This document shows positions 19,277 through 29,100 of a stretch of DNA of 39,713 nt, piece by piece (within the stretch, counting starts at the first letter, position 1; the number at the start of each line of letters is the position of its first letter). The notes below the pieces were generated by a model that made no database searches, was not told the origin of the DNA, and worked only from the letters and a program-made list of their open reading frames with translations. Source of the stretch: a bacterium (GTDB lineage: Bacteria; UBP15; UBA6099; JAJRTR01). The DNA is taken from contig JAJRTR010000191.1 in the NCBI GenBank assembly GCA_024278215.1, positions 1 through 39,713 of the forward strand. The letters are read 5' to 3'. A program made the position numbers and the translations under genes.

Positions 19277-21607
19277 TCAGAATTCCAATTTCATGCCCGC
19301 GGTGAATGTGCGGCCCGGGGCAAGGTAATACTCATAGTAATCCTCGTCGAACAGGTTATCGACGTTGATGAAAAACTCTTTATCCGAATGTAGTTTGTAT
19401 ACAAACGACACGTCCACGAGATCATATTCGTCGTACTCGCCGTACACGTGGCTGTGGTTGTCCGAGTTGTCTTCGTAAGTGTGGACTTTGTCACGATGAT
19501 TCCAGTTTATGCCGAGCGAGAAGCTGTCACCGCCCCGCAACGGCAATCCGTAATCGAACCCGAGGTTATACATGAGATTCGGGTTCTGCTCCATCTCGAG
19601 GCCGACGATAGCCGGGTCGGGCGCGCTTTTCACTTTCGACATCTGACTGGTCATGTTGAAATTCGCCGTGAGCCTGTTATTGAACTTGTAGTCCGTTTCC
19701 AGCTCGATGCCGCGAATCACGACCTTGCCGAAATTCTCCTTCTGCTTCACGGTCGGTCCCGTCGAAATCGTGATATTGGAAATCATGTCCTGAAGTGAGT
19801 TCCGGAAATATGTGGCACGCATGGAAAACTTCCTGTTGCCGGGGATGAAATCGAAACCGAGGTCCCACGCGGTGTTGACTTCCGGCTTCAGCGCAGGGTT
19901 GGAGCGGTACACGGTCCCCGACGACGTTGTCCAGGTGCCGAAGAGGTCATAAGTGCCCGGGGGATTGAACGCCTGGCCGAAATTGAAGCGCCAGTTCACG
20001 TCGCCGCCCGGCTTGAACAGGAGCCCTATCTTTGGGCTGACCCGCGATTTAGTGCGTGAAGGCATGGGATAGTTCGCCGGGTCCGCCGGCACCAGCGACG
20101 TGCCCGAAGCCGTGAGCGATTCGCCGTCATATACTTTCCAGTTGTCGTATCGCAAACCCGGCGTAATTATCCAGGAACCGCCGGACGTTATTTCATCCTG
20201 CAGAAATATCGAGCGGAACCGCACCTTGCCCGCCTGCAACCTGGTCCGCTGTCCTGACCGGTTCTCATCTTTCCAGAATGCCACCTTCCACGACCCGTTA
20301 TCCAGTTCGTTTTGCCGCCATTCGAGCCCGCCGGTGAGGATGTGGGCATCCAGGTAATAATTCCCTTCGGCACGGAAATCGAGATTATCTTCTTCCCTGT
20401 AATTATGGGTTGCGGACCCGCTTGTGGGCGTGGCCGACGATGGAATACCACTGTTGTACCAGCGTTTGATCGTGCGCGTATCGAGCGAGAATCTCAAATC
20501 CGTGTTCGAGCCCGTCCGCGTGTTGTAATAGAAAGAGTAGTCGTCCCGCGCCTCGCCGCCGGGTCCTTTGATCCAGTTGCCTGTTTTGTCCGCCGATGTG
20601 ATCTTATATACATTCGTATCGCCGGGGAAACTCACATATACCGTGCCGCTCGCGCTCGGATTGCCGTTCAGGTCCGTCAGCCAACTGTGGCCCGTTTCAT
20701 ACTCGTATTCCGAATCAGAGTAGTTGTAGCGCATACCCATCTCAGTTCCGGGTTTGAATTCGTAGCTCAGGTCCAGCCGTATGTTGTCGTCTTCATTATG
20801 TCGTGCGCCAACTTCCCCGATAAGCGCGCGCTCATAATTCCCTATGGGGTTGTAAACCGCGCCCGCCGTATCCGCCGGATTGGACGTGTCCACACTGATG
20901 GTTCTGTATTTGAACTGGCTGACATACCCGTCGGTTTCCAAGCGGTTGTAGCCCAGACGCAACCCCATGCCGGAATGGAATTTTTCCGAATAGGACAGAT
21001 TGTAATTGTTCGTATTATATGTACCGAAATCAGTGTCGAGAGAAATCTTCTGTTTGCCGGGCTTTTTCGTGATGATGTTGATCACGCCGCCCATGGCGTT
21101 CGCGCCGTAAATGGCGGAATTAGGACCGCGAATCACCTCGATTCGGTCCACATCATCCAGCGGCACATTGTCAAGGATCATGCCGCCGCTGTAACCGTCG
21201 TTGAGACGCACGCCGTCGAGTAGAATCAGCGTGTGCCCCTGGTTGTCGCCGAGACCGCGCAGCCCTAGCTTGGCCGTGGTGTCGCCGGGGAACGATTTCT
21301 TGATGTACACGCCCGCCAGCCTGTCCATCACATCCTGTAAACCCTGATTCCCGGACAATGTCGTTTCGTCCATGTTCACAACCGACGAATAAAAGGATAC
21401 GTCTTCGAGCATGCGCTCCGATTTTGTGCCGGTTACTATAATCTGACCAAGATCGAAAGGCTTGTCCCGGCCGTCTTCCTCAACCGGCTGTGCGACAACT
21501 ACTTCATTCTCGTCCCCGGCAATATCCTGCGCCGCCGCGCGCGTGCAACATGCGATGCCCCAGATAAACAGAAACAGAACCATCACCACCGTATTTCCGA
21601 ATTTCAT
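19277..21607 (-). CDS. TonB-dependent outer membrane receptor
   Basis: Signal peptide; TonB-box-like DLGQIIVTG; plug motifs LRGLG..TLILLDG and RIEVIRGPNSAIYGANAMGGVINIITKK; VDNLFDEDY...GRTFTAGMKLEF with terminal Phe. Confidence 0.95.
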   Translation of the reverse strand: MKFGNTVVMVLFLFIWGIACCTRAAAQDIAGDENEVVVAQPVEEDGRDKPFDLGQIIVTGTKSERMLEDVSFYSSVVNMDETTLSGNQGLQDVMDRLAGVYIKKSFPGDTTAKLGLRGLGDNQGHTLILLDGVRLNDGYSGGMILDNVPLDDVDRIEVIRGPNSAIYGANAMGGVINIITKKPGKQKISLDTDFGTYNTNNYNLSYSEKFHSGMGLRLGYNRLETDGYVSQFKYRTISVDTSNPADTAGAVYNPIGNYERALIGEVGARHNEDDNIRLDLSYEFKPGTEMGMRYNYSDSEYEYETGHSWLTDLNGNPSASGTVYVSFPGDTNVYKITSADKTGNWIKGPGGEARDDYSFYYNTRTGSNTDLRFSLDTRTIKRWYNSGIPSSATPTSGSATHNYREEDNLDFRAEGNYYLDAHILTGGLEWRQNELDNGSWKVAFWKDENRSGQRTRLQAGKVRFRSIFLQDEITSGGSWIITPGLRYDNWKVYDGESLTASGTSLVPADPANYPMPSRTKSRVSPKIGLLFKPGGDVNWRFNFGQAFNPPGTYDLFGTWTTSSGTVYRSNPALKPEVNTAWDLGFDFIPGNRKFSMRATYFRNSLQDMISNITISTGPTVKQKENFGKVVIRGIELETDYKFNNRLTANFNMTSQMSKVKSAPDPAIVGLEMEQNPNLMYNLGFDYGLPLRGGDSFSLGINWNHRDKVHTYEDNSDNHSHVYGEYDEYDLVDVSFVYKLHSDKEFFINVDNLFDEDYYEYYLAPGRTFTAGMKLEF

Positions 21608-21692
21608 TTCACAACCTCCATATCTTTCCGAATTTTCCTCCCTGGAGTCGCCGGCCCCGTTATCTGAAACCCGCCGCGAAACGGCGAGTCAT

Positions 21693-24600
21693 TCAAAGAT
21701 TGAGTTTCCCAAGTATCGAGTCCATTTTCCCTTTCCAGGCCTCCACGTCATCCGCCGTCATCACGTCTACCGAACCGCCCTGAAACTCACCGGCCACATC
21801 GCCGATGCGGTCTTCCATCCACGCCTCGACCTCAAGATAAGCGTCCTTGAGTTTTTCGAGCATTTCCGGGTCGGGCTTCCAGATACCCCGCCCGGCGGCT
21901 TCGAGCAATCGCCTGCCGATCTCCTCCAGCGCCCACGGGTTCACTTCCTCGAACCACTTTTTCATTTCCTCGTCCAGCACAAATGTTTCGGCTACCCTGT
22001 CGTAAATCCAGTTGTCCACCTTGCCCGTGGTAGCGCCGAATCCGTACACGCGCCCGATGCGTTTGTTTAAATCGCCCGCACCCTTGTAGCCATGCTTTTT
22101 CATGCCTTCAATGTATTTCGGGTTCAGTAGTTTGGCACGCACCACACGGCGCATTTCATCCGTGAAATCCGTGACGCGGATGTTCGCCGGGTCGCGTGTG
22201 TCGCCGTAGTAGGTTTTGGGTGCCCTGCCGGAAATGGTTTTCGCCGCCACCGTCATGCCGCCGTAGTTGCTGTAGAACCCGCAACAGTTGAGAAAATCGG
22301 ACTCGTCGGAGATGTGCTTGTCGAATGTGACTTCCACGCGGCGCAGGTTGTCCACAAGTTCCTGGTGGGCTTCCACTCCATAGTTGCTTTCGCCGCCATA
22401 GGCGTAACCGTTCCAGAATACGTACACGTCGGCCAGGTCTTTTTCCGTTTTCCATGCCGAGGCGTACACCGCGAGATTCACACCCGCCCGGTAGGTGCCG
22501 GGCCTGGCACAGAATATGCGGTAACTCAGCCGCCGCAGGCTTTCCCTGTCATCCAGGGGCAGGCCGCGCTCCGCCGCCTGGTTCACGATGTGTTTGCGCA
22601 CGAAATTCCGCTCGGGCGGCTCGGCAAGCATGGCCGCCGCCTGGATAGCGCGGTCCATGTACATAATGGAATCCGGGAAGCAATCGCGAGCGATGCCGGA
22701 CACGCGGATGTTCAGGTCGATACGGGGGCGTCCGAGCTCTTCAAGCGGGATCACGTCGAACTCATCAACCTGGCCGTTCGCTTTCCAGCGTGGCCGCAGA
22801 CCCAGCAGATGCAGCATCTGCGCTATCTGCTCGCCATCGGCGCGCATGATGTCCGACGCCAGCCACACCAGCCCAACGGTCTCCGGGAAACGCCCTTCCT
22901 CATCCATATATCTTTTAAGTAACGCTTCGGCCAGGCGGATGCCCACCCGGTGCGCCGCCCTGGTGGGTATGCGCGTTGGGTCCACGTTATAGAAGTTGCG
23001 GCCCGTGGGCAGAACGTCATACCGGCCCCGCGTGATAAGGCCGGAAGGCCCCGCTGGTATATATCCGCTGCCGAGACCGTTGAGAAGCGATTCTGTTTCA
23101 AGGGAATCATCGAGACGCATGCCGATGTCTTTTACAAGCGCGGCAAACGACGCGAACCGCCCGGCCTCACCGTTTGCGGGTGCGCGTTCGAAACACTGCT
23201 CGAACACCGCGGCGTTGTCGCCGCCTTCCAGTAATGCCGATATTATTTCAATAGCTTTTTCATCCGCGTCGAAAAGAATCTCGCCGTATGTTTTTCCGCA
23301 ATTGCCCCGTGCGCCCGGCTCCCTGAGAGCACGAAGAATGTCTTCGCCCCATATATCGAAAACCAGCCGCCGCGTGCTCAGAGGGTCGTTCGAATCGAAA
23401 CGCAGGATTGAGTTCACATATTCAGCGCGCTCATCGCCTTGCGGGCGGTCACCGAATACATGCATACCGTATCGCATCTGGCTGTTGCGCACCTCGGACA
23501 GCAGTTCATGGCACCGCGTGGCCACCTCGTCGAACGATTTCGTATTCGCGTCATTTATTTCGTCCCTGAAATTGCACTTGTCGATCTGCTCCTGCACCTG
23601 GTGTTCGATCTGGTGCGCCCGCGCCGGGTCCGTGTGTTTCGCTCGCTCGTAATCGTTGAGCAGGTCTTCGAGGTCTTTGAGATCGTCGTAAGTTCCCGAT
23701 GTGGTAATCACTGTCTGCATGTGGTCCACGAGGGTAGCGTAACTGCGCCGCTTGGCGATCACACCCTCGGCGGGGTTGTCCGAGTTGTAGATGTAAAGGT
23801 GCGGCAGATTGCCGATGCTGATATCCGGCCAGCACGATGCGCTCAGACCCGCGCCCTTCCCGGGCAGAAACTCGATGTTCCCATGCGTGCCGACATGTAT
23901 CACAACATCCGCGCCGAACACGCGCTCCATCCACATATACGTGGCGATGTACTGGTGCGGCGGGGGGATGTCGGGGTCGTGGAGAATCTTGCACACCGTG
24001 CCGTCGCAGCGTGGCCCCGCGCATCCGCGCTTTGGCTGCATCATTACCAGCACAGTCCCGAAATCCAGACCGGTTATAACGAGTTTGCCGTCGTGCACCA
24101 TGCTCGGCGGCACTCCGTTCATCTCGCACCCCGGGGGGGCGCCCCAGCTTTCCACCATGCGCACGCGCGCCTTCGGGGGCAGCTCTGCAAACCACTTCTC
24201 ATATATTTCGTTATCAAGCAGCGCCAGGTGCCCTTTCTTTGAAATGATTTCCTCGACCGTGGTCCAGCGGAATTCGGCAATGGCCTTCCGCTCCAGTATC
24301 TTCCGCATCAGGGCCTCGCCAGACTCCGGGATGGCCCGCACGCCATATCCCTCGTCGCCGAGACGGCGCATCAGGCGCACCACGCTCTCTCCCGAATCCA
24401 GACCGGCGGCCCCGCCAACGTTCGCCTCCAGACCCGCACACTCGTTCTTGTGAAATACAAACACCACTTTCCGTTCGCTCACTGGTTTGCGGCTCAAAAC
24501 AATCCACTTGTGTATGCGGTCGACAACGTGTTCCAGGCGCTCGGCTATAATGTCGCGCAACTCATAAACGGTACCTGTCTTTTCATCTTCATGCTTTTCG

Positions 24601-25577
24601 CTGCACGCTGCGATAATGGGTTCGATGCTGCCCTCGAACTCGGGCATTGCGACGCAGAAACTGATTTCCGTGGTCAGGCCCTGCTCATCCTCGTCCCATT
24701 CAGATACGGACTTGCTGTATGAAACCACAGGCTTGAACACCGGCACATTCAGTTGTTTGAAAAATTCGACTGTCTGCCCGGCGGCCGTAGTGTCGGACCT
24801 GTCGGCGCGTGCCTCCCGGCCGAGAAAGAAAAAATGCAGATTGATCAGCGCATGTATGCGCGGTTCGCCCGCGGCATTCAGGAAATACTTCTTCGCGGCG
24901 CCCAGCGCGCCCAGGGAGCCGGACTCCGCATCGGACGTACCGTGACTGAAAACAGGCAGCACGCCCAGCCCTCTGCGCTCCAGCGATTCAACGAACGCCT
25001 CCTCGAGCTGCATACTCTGGTTCACGTAATCATGACGGGAAAACAGCAGCCCCACGGTCAGACCGCTCTTTAATGGATAGCCGTTCATATATTCCCGGAC
25101 AGATTCGAACACCTCGCCGCCCGGAATACGCATCACGCCCTGCCACGGCATGGGCTCGGGGTCTTCAACGGGAATGGACGGATCGAACCGGGCCGCCAGG
25201 AAATCCAGCAGCCGCCTGTAATTGTCCAGACCGCCTTCGGACAGGTACGTATATGCCGCGGCGCATATCGCTGGTTCAACCGTGGCGCTCATCCCCCACA
25301 TCGCCGGATCGAAAGATGTGGAAACAACTGTCTTGTCCGCCGCCGACAGGAGATAATCGTCAACTTCATCCCAGAACGGATCATTGGTTCTGTAAAAAAA
25401 TAAAACGTCGGAAGTCTCCGCCACCTTCTTAAAATCTTCCAGAAGATTTTCATCCGATATGATCTCTTTGTGAGAAAACACGCTCAATTCAACGTGGCTG
25501 CATTCAGACACAGCCTTCACCATCAGCGGAACATAAGAAGACCAGACAATCGCGGCTATACGAACCTTTCTATCCAT
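21693..25577 (-). CDS. cobN: CobN/ChlH-family metal chelatase large subunit
   Basis: AMPEFEG, QPKRG, LHDPDIPPPHQY, HVGTHGNIEFLPGK, EGVIAKRR, LPTGRNFY, ELGRPRID, RVSGIARD and LLNPKYIEGM. ATG at 25577 has a GGAG RBS. Confidence 0.93.
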   Translation of the reverse strand: MDRKVRIAAIVWSSYVPLMVKAVSECSHVELSVFSHKEIISDENLLEDFKKVAETSDVLFFYRTNDPFWDEVDDYLLSAADKTVVSTSFDPAMWGMSATVEPAICAAAYTYLSEGGLDNYRRLLDFLAARFDPSIPVEDPEPMPWQGVMRIPGGEVFESVREYMNGYPLKSGLTVGLLFSRHDYVNQSMQLEEAFVESLERRGLGVLPVFSHGTSDAESGSLGALGAAKKYFLNAAGEPRIHALINLHFFFLGREARADRSDTTAAGQTVEFFKQLNVPVFKPVVSYSKSVSEWDEDEQGLTTEISFCVAMPEFEGSIEPIIAACSEKHEDEKTGTVYELRDIIAERLEHVVDRIHKWIVLSRKPVSERKVVFVFHKNECAGLEANVGGAAGLDSGESVVRLMRRLGDEGYGVRAIPESGEALMRKILERKAIAEFRWTTVEEIISKKGHLALLDNEIYEKWFAELPPKARVRMVESWGAPPGCEMNGVPPSMVHDGKLVITGLDFGTVLVMMQPKRGCAGPRCDGTVCKILHDPDIPPPHQYIATYMWMERVFGADVVIHVGTHGNIEFLPGKGAGLSASCWPDISIGNLPHLYIYNSDNPAEGVIAKRRSYATLVDHMQTVITTSGTYDDLKDLEDLLNDYERAKHTDPARAHQIEHQVQEQIDKCNFRDEINDANTKSFDEVATRCHELLSEVRNSQMRYGMHVFGDRPQGDERAEYVNSILRFDSNDPLSTRRLVFDIWGEDILRALREPGARGNCGKTYGEILFDADEKAIEIISALLEGGDNAAVFEQCFERAPANGEAGRFASFAALVKDIGMRLDDSLETESLLNGLGSGYIPAGPSGLITRGRYDVLPTGRNFYNVDPTRIPTRAAHRVGIRLAEALLKRYMDEEGRFPETVGLVWLASDIMRADGEQIAQMLHLLGLRPRWKANGQVDEFDVIPLEELGRPRIDLNIRVSGIARDCFPDSIMYMDRAIQAAAMLAEPPERNFVRKHIVNQAAERGLPLDDRESLRRLSYRIFCARPGTYRAGVNLAVYASAWKTEKDLADVYVFWNGYAYGGESNYGVEAHQELVDNLRRVEVTFDKHISDESDFLNCCGFYSNYGGMTVAAKTISGRAPKTYYGDTRDPANIRVTDFTDEMRRVVRAKLLNPKYIEGMKKHGYKGAGDLNKRIGRVYGFGATTGKVDNWIYDRVAETFVLDEEMKKWFEEVNPWALEEIGRRLLEAAGRGIWKPDPEMLEKLKDAYLEVEAWMEDRIGDVAGEFQGGSVDVMTADDVEAWKGKMDSILGKLNL

Positions 25578-25603
25578 GAGAAACTCCAGAGAAATGGAAT
25601 AAC

Positions 25604-25731
25604 TTTGCCGGTAAAGGAAGAGCCGGAGAGAATCCGAGCGAACGGCCTCTCCCCGACTCCAGGAAGGCATTTGCAGCAAAGTGTGAAATATCGGCGAGGG
25701 TTACGTTTTTGATATTCGTGTTACCGGCAAA
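25604..25731 (-). ncRNA. Putative structured leader RNA upstream of cobN (unassigned family)
   Basis: Perfect 11-bp inverted repeat TTTGCCGGTAA (25604-25614) / TTACCGGCAAA (25721-25731) enclosing internal hairpins (AATATC/GATATT; GGAGAG/CTCTCC). Confidence 0.35.
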
Positions 25732-25865
25732 ACAAAAAAAATTGGTATAATAAAAGGGCTTCATCGAGAGTGTCGTTAAATTCTCAATCAGTTCATCCGG
25801 AGTTCCCATTAAACCTGTTAAACCCCTTGCGCATCTCTAAAATAGTATTACTCCCGCCCGCCGTA

Positions 25866-25892
25866 GTGCTACGTTTATGATAATAGTAACAC
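25866..25892. promoter_or_regulatory. NikR-box-like operator GTGCTAC-N13-GTAACAC
   Basis: 6/7 inverted repeat with a 13-bp AT-rich spacer, just downstream of the predicted promoter. Matches, from memory, the GTGTTAC-N13-GTAACAC consensus predicted for deltaproteobacterial NikR. Confidence 0.6.
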
Positions 25893-25904
25893 ACCGTCAC
25901 AGAT

Positions 25905-25933
25905 AACATAAGAAAAAAAATCTAAAAAGTCAA
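25905..25933 (-). promoter_or_regulatory. Sigma70-like promoter of the cobN operon
   Basis: Minus strand TTGACT (25933-25928), 17 bp spacer, TATGTT (25910-25905). Confidence 0.6.
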
Positions 25934-25955
25934 TGGATTCAGCAAAGAAAGCTTT

Positions 25956-26026
25956 TACGACAGGCGATACGCCTGTCGTACTGCCGTGATACTATGAGAT
26001 ACGGTGGCACGGCGTCTCGCCTGTGC
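25956..26026. repeat. Pair of REP-like palindromes
   Basis: TACGACAGGCG-ATA-CGCCTGTCGTA (25956-25980) and GTGGCACGGCGTCTCGCCTGTGC (26004-26026). Both share the core of the 5156-5178 element. Confidence 0.6.
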
Positions 26027-26145
26027 TTAAGTTGTACGCAGCAGCCGTCGAGCATTGCGAGCTCTGCGAGTTCGGCGCGCGCGTCTTTGTCGATCGCTAT
26101 GTGTATCCGTCGCTCGGCGGCAGGCGGCTCACATGAATCACTGTA

Positions 26146-29100
26146 TCACAAGATATATACCTTGAGGTAAACGGCGACAGCGACAAGCACTATCAGTCCG
26201 ACGAGCCACGAGGGGATTATCCCTTTTATAAAATTGCCCTCAGGCAGTGCGTTGCGTTCGATGACGGTCGGTGAATAGAGTTTCCCGGTAGCCGCGACAT
26301 ACCATAACCGTTTCAAGTCGGTGAGGATCAGGAATGTGGCGGGCAGCCAGACCTGTGTAAAGAACGTGGCAACGAGCAGTCCGAAAGCTATCGAGCAGGC
26401 CATGGGAATCAGGAATTGAGCCTGTAGACTCTGCTCGAGCACAAGTGGCATGAGGCCGATACTCGTCGTGAAAGTGGTCAGCACGATAGGCCGGAACCTG
26501 CTGACAGCGCCCTGATACACAGCCCTGTCCAGAGTCATATTTCCCTTGCCGAGATTCCTCTTTATGGCATGTACCATCACAATCGAGTCGTTGATCACGA
26601 TGCCCGCGAGCGTAACAATGCCCGCTATGCTCAGGAATGTCAGGTCCATCCTGTCTATGCGCGCATTCATGTATGGAACCAGGAGGTGGCCCGCCAGCGC
26701 GCCGACAAACCCCAGTGGTATCAGCAACATGATCATGAACGAGTGCAGGTAGTTGCGGAATGTAAGAGCGATGATGATGAAGATGGCGACCAGCGCCACG
26801 AGGTACCATTTCCCCAGGCTCTTCATCATCTGCATCTGCGACCTGTTCTGCCCTTCGAAACTGTATGTGACGCCATGAACCCGCAAAAGCATCCCCGGCA
26901 TGGCCTTCCTCAATTCGGACTTTAGTTCCGCCGGAGTGATCGTGACACCGTCCGTCTTGCACTTGACGGTTATCTCCCTTTTTCGGTCGAATCTCGATAT
27001 CGAGCGCAGTTGTCTCGATGTGCTGAACCGGGCCACTTCGGGCAGCGGCACTTCAAACCCTTCGCGGGTGCGGATTTTTATCGCCTCGAAATCAGCGATG
27101 CTGTTGCGCTCACTTTCCGGGTATCGCACCCAGACTTTTATTTCCTCGCGGCCGCGCTGAACCCGGTGTATCTCCTGCCCGTAGAACCCGGACCTCACCT
27201 GTGAGATGAGGTCGGCCAGCGTTAGTCCGAGAGCCTTGCCGCGGTCCTTGAGTTCCATATTTATCTCGCGTTTGCCGAAATTGAGGTTGTCCTGCACTTC
27301 ATGGACGCCCGGATACTCGCGCATCTTCTTCTTCACCAGTGATGCCGCGCGCATAATCTCATTCATATCGTCGCCCCTGAGCTGCACTTCCACGTCCGAA
27401 ACACCCGGCGGCCCCATATTCGAGTTTATGTCCATCCTTAAAACGCCCGGCACTTCGCCGATAAGCTCACGCCAGCGCGCGGCGATCTTTTTCGAGCTGA
27501 TGCCCCTTGCTTCCCCGTCTATCATCTCGATATAGACCTGTCCTATCGACGAATTCGCGCCGCCTTTCGTCGTGCCGCCTTTTATAGTGACTTCATCCTT
27601 TATAATCGGCTGGTCGGCACCGACAGCGCCGTACATCTTCATGCCCCTGCGCGTTTTCATAAGTTCGCGGCGCTGCTGCGTGAATTCTTTATTCAACTGG
27701 TCGAGCGCCCCGGTGATCTGTGCGGCGACCGCGTCCTGCACCTTCATCGAACTGCCTGGCTCCAGCGTATAGACTATTGATATGTTGTCGCCGTCGACTT
27801 CCGGGAAAAACACGAATTTTATTATTCCTGATCTCACAACGCCTATGGAAATGATGAACATCGCGATGCCGAACGCGAATACGCCCCAGCGGAACCGTAT
27901 CGCCATCTTAATTACAGGATTGTATGTGCGCCTGATGACAGACTGGATTACATTATCGGTGCCGCGCCTGAGCGCGGCGAAAAGACCGCGCGCGTTTTTC
28001 TGTTCCTCTATCGGGCGCAGGCTGTGCGCAAGGTGGGCGGGCAATATGAAGAAACATTCGAACATCGAGACGAGTAATCCGAAAATACTGATCACCGGGA
28101 TCGGGAACAGGAACTTGCCCCACACGCCTTCGATAAAGAGAAACGGCGCAAAAGCCGCCATTGTAGTCAGCACCGAGGCCACTACCGCGGGCATCACCTC
28201 GACCGTGCCCTCGATTGCCGCCTCCACGGGATCGAGTCCCTTTTCGATATACTGCATTACATTCTCGGATACGACTATCGCGTCGTCGACCAGTATGCCC
28301 AGCACTGTAATAAAGGCGAACAGGCTTATCATATTGATCGTGACGTCCTGGGTCCGCATCAGGAGTATCGTGCCCATTACCGAGACCGGCAGGCCCGCCG
28401 CGACCCAGAAAGAAAGCTTGAAACTGAGAAAAACCATAAGAATAATGAAAATAAGGGCGATACCGTATTTTGCGTTTTTTACGAGGAGGCTTATGCGCTG
28501 ATTCAGGATTTTACTTAAGTCGCCCCAGTATTCAATCGTTATGCCGTCGGCCAGTTCAGGTTGTTTTTCCTTAACATATTTCTTTACCTGTTCGGCAATC
28601 CTGATAGCGTCGTCCTGCTCGGTCTTCATGACCATCAGTGCCGCGGCCGGCTTCCCGTTGTAGTCGAATTCGTAGTTTACATCCTCGAAGACCTCTTTCA
28701 CTTCCGCGACATCTCTGAGGTACACCTTCGTGCCGTCGGGAAGTGCGCGCAGGACGATTTCGGCAAGGTCTTCGGGCCGGTAGTTTTTGCCGTTCGCCCG
28801 CAGGTTGAGTTCTTCGACGTCCGTTTTGATCGTCCCGCCGCTCACATCTAAATCGTAACTCCTTACAGCTCGTGTCACTTCATCGAATGTTATACCATAG
28901 CGCTGCATGTTCTCTTCGGATAATTCAATGACCATCTCGCGGGGCAGCATCCCGTATTCCTCGACCTTGGATACGTCCGGCAGAAGCAGGAGTTCCTCCC
29001 GGACATCATCTGCAAGGGTCTTGAGCGCAAGCCGGTCCACATCCCCGTAAATCGCCACCGCCACTACTGAACTGGTGTGTTCCATAAGCTGGATATTCGG

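Noticed and set aside
25570-25809. 79-aa ORF in the cobN leader as a leader peptide or gene
   Set aside because: No recognisable motif or compositional bias, and it overlaps the structured leader and the cobN RBS. Not excluded, but unsupported.
25620-25830. Cobalamin riboswitch upstream of cobN-TBDR
   Set aside because: Only an AGGT..AATGGGAA..CCGG-like start is present. The conserved ACTGTA, GCCACTG, GGGAAGG and AGYCAGRAGACCTGCC elements are missing on the coding strand.
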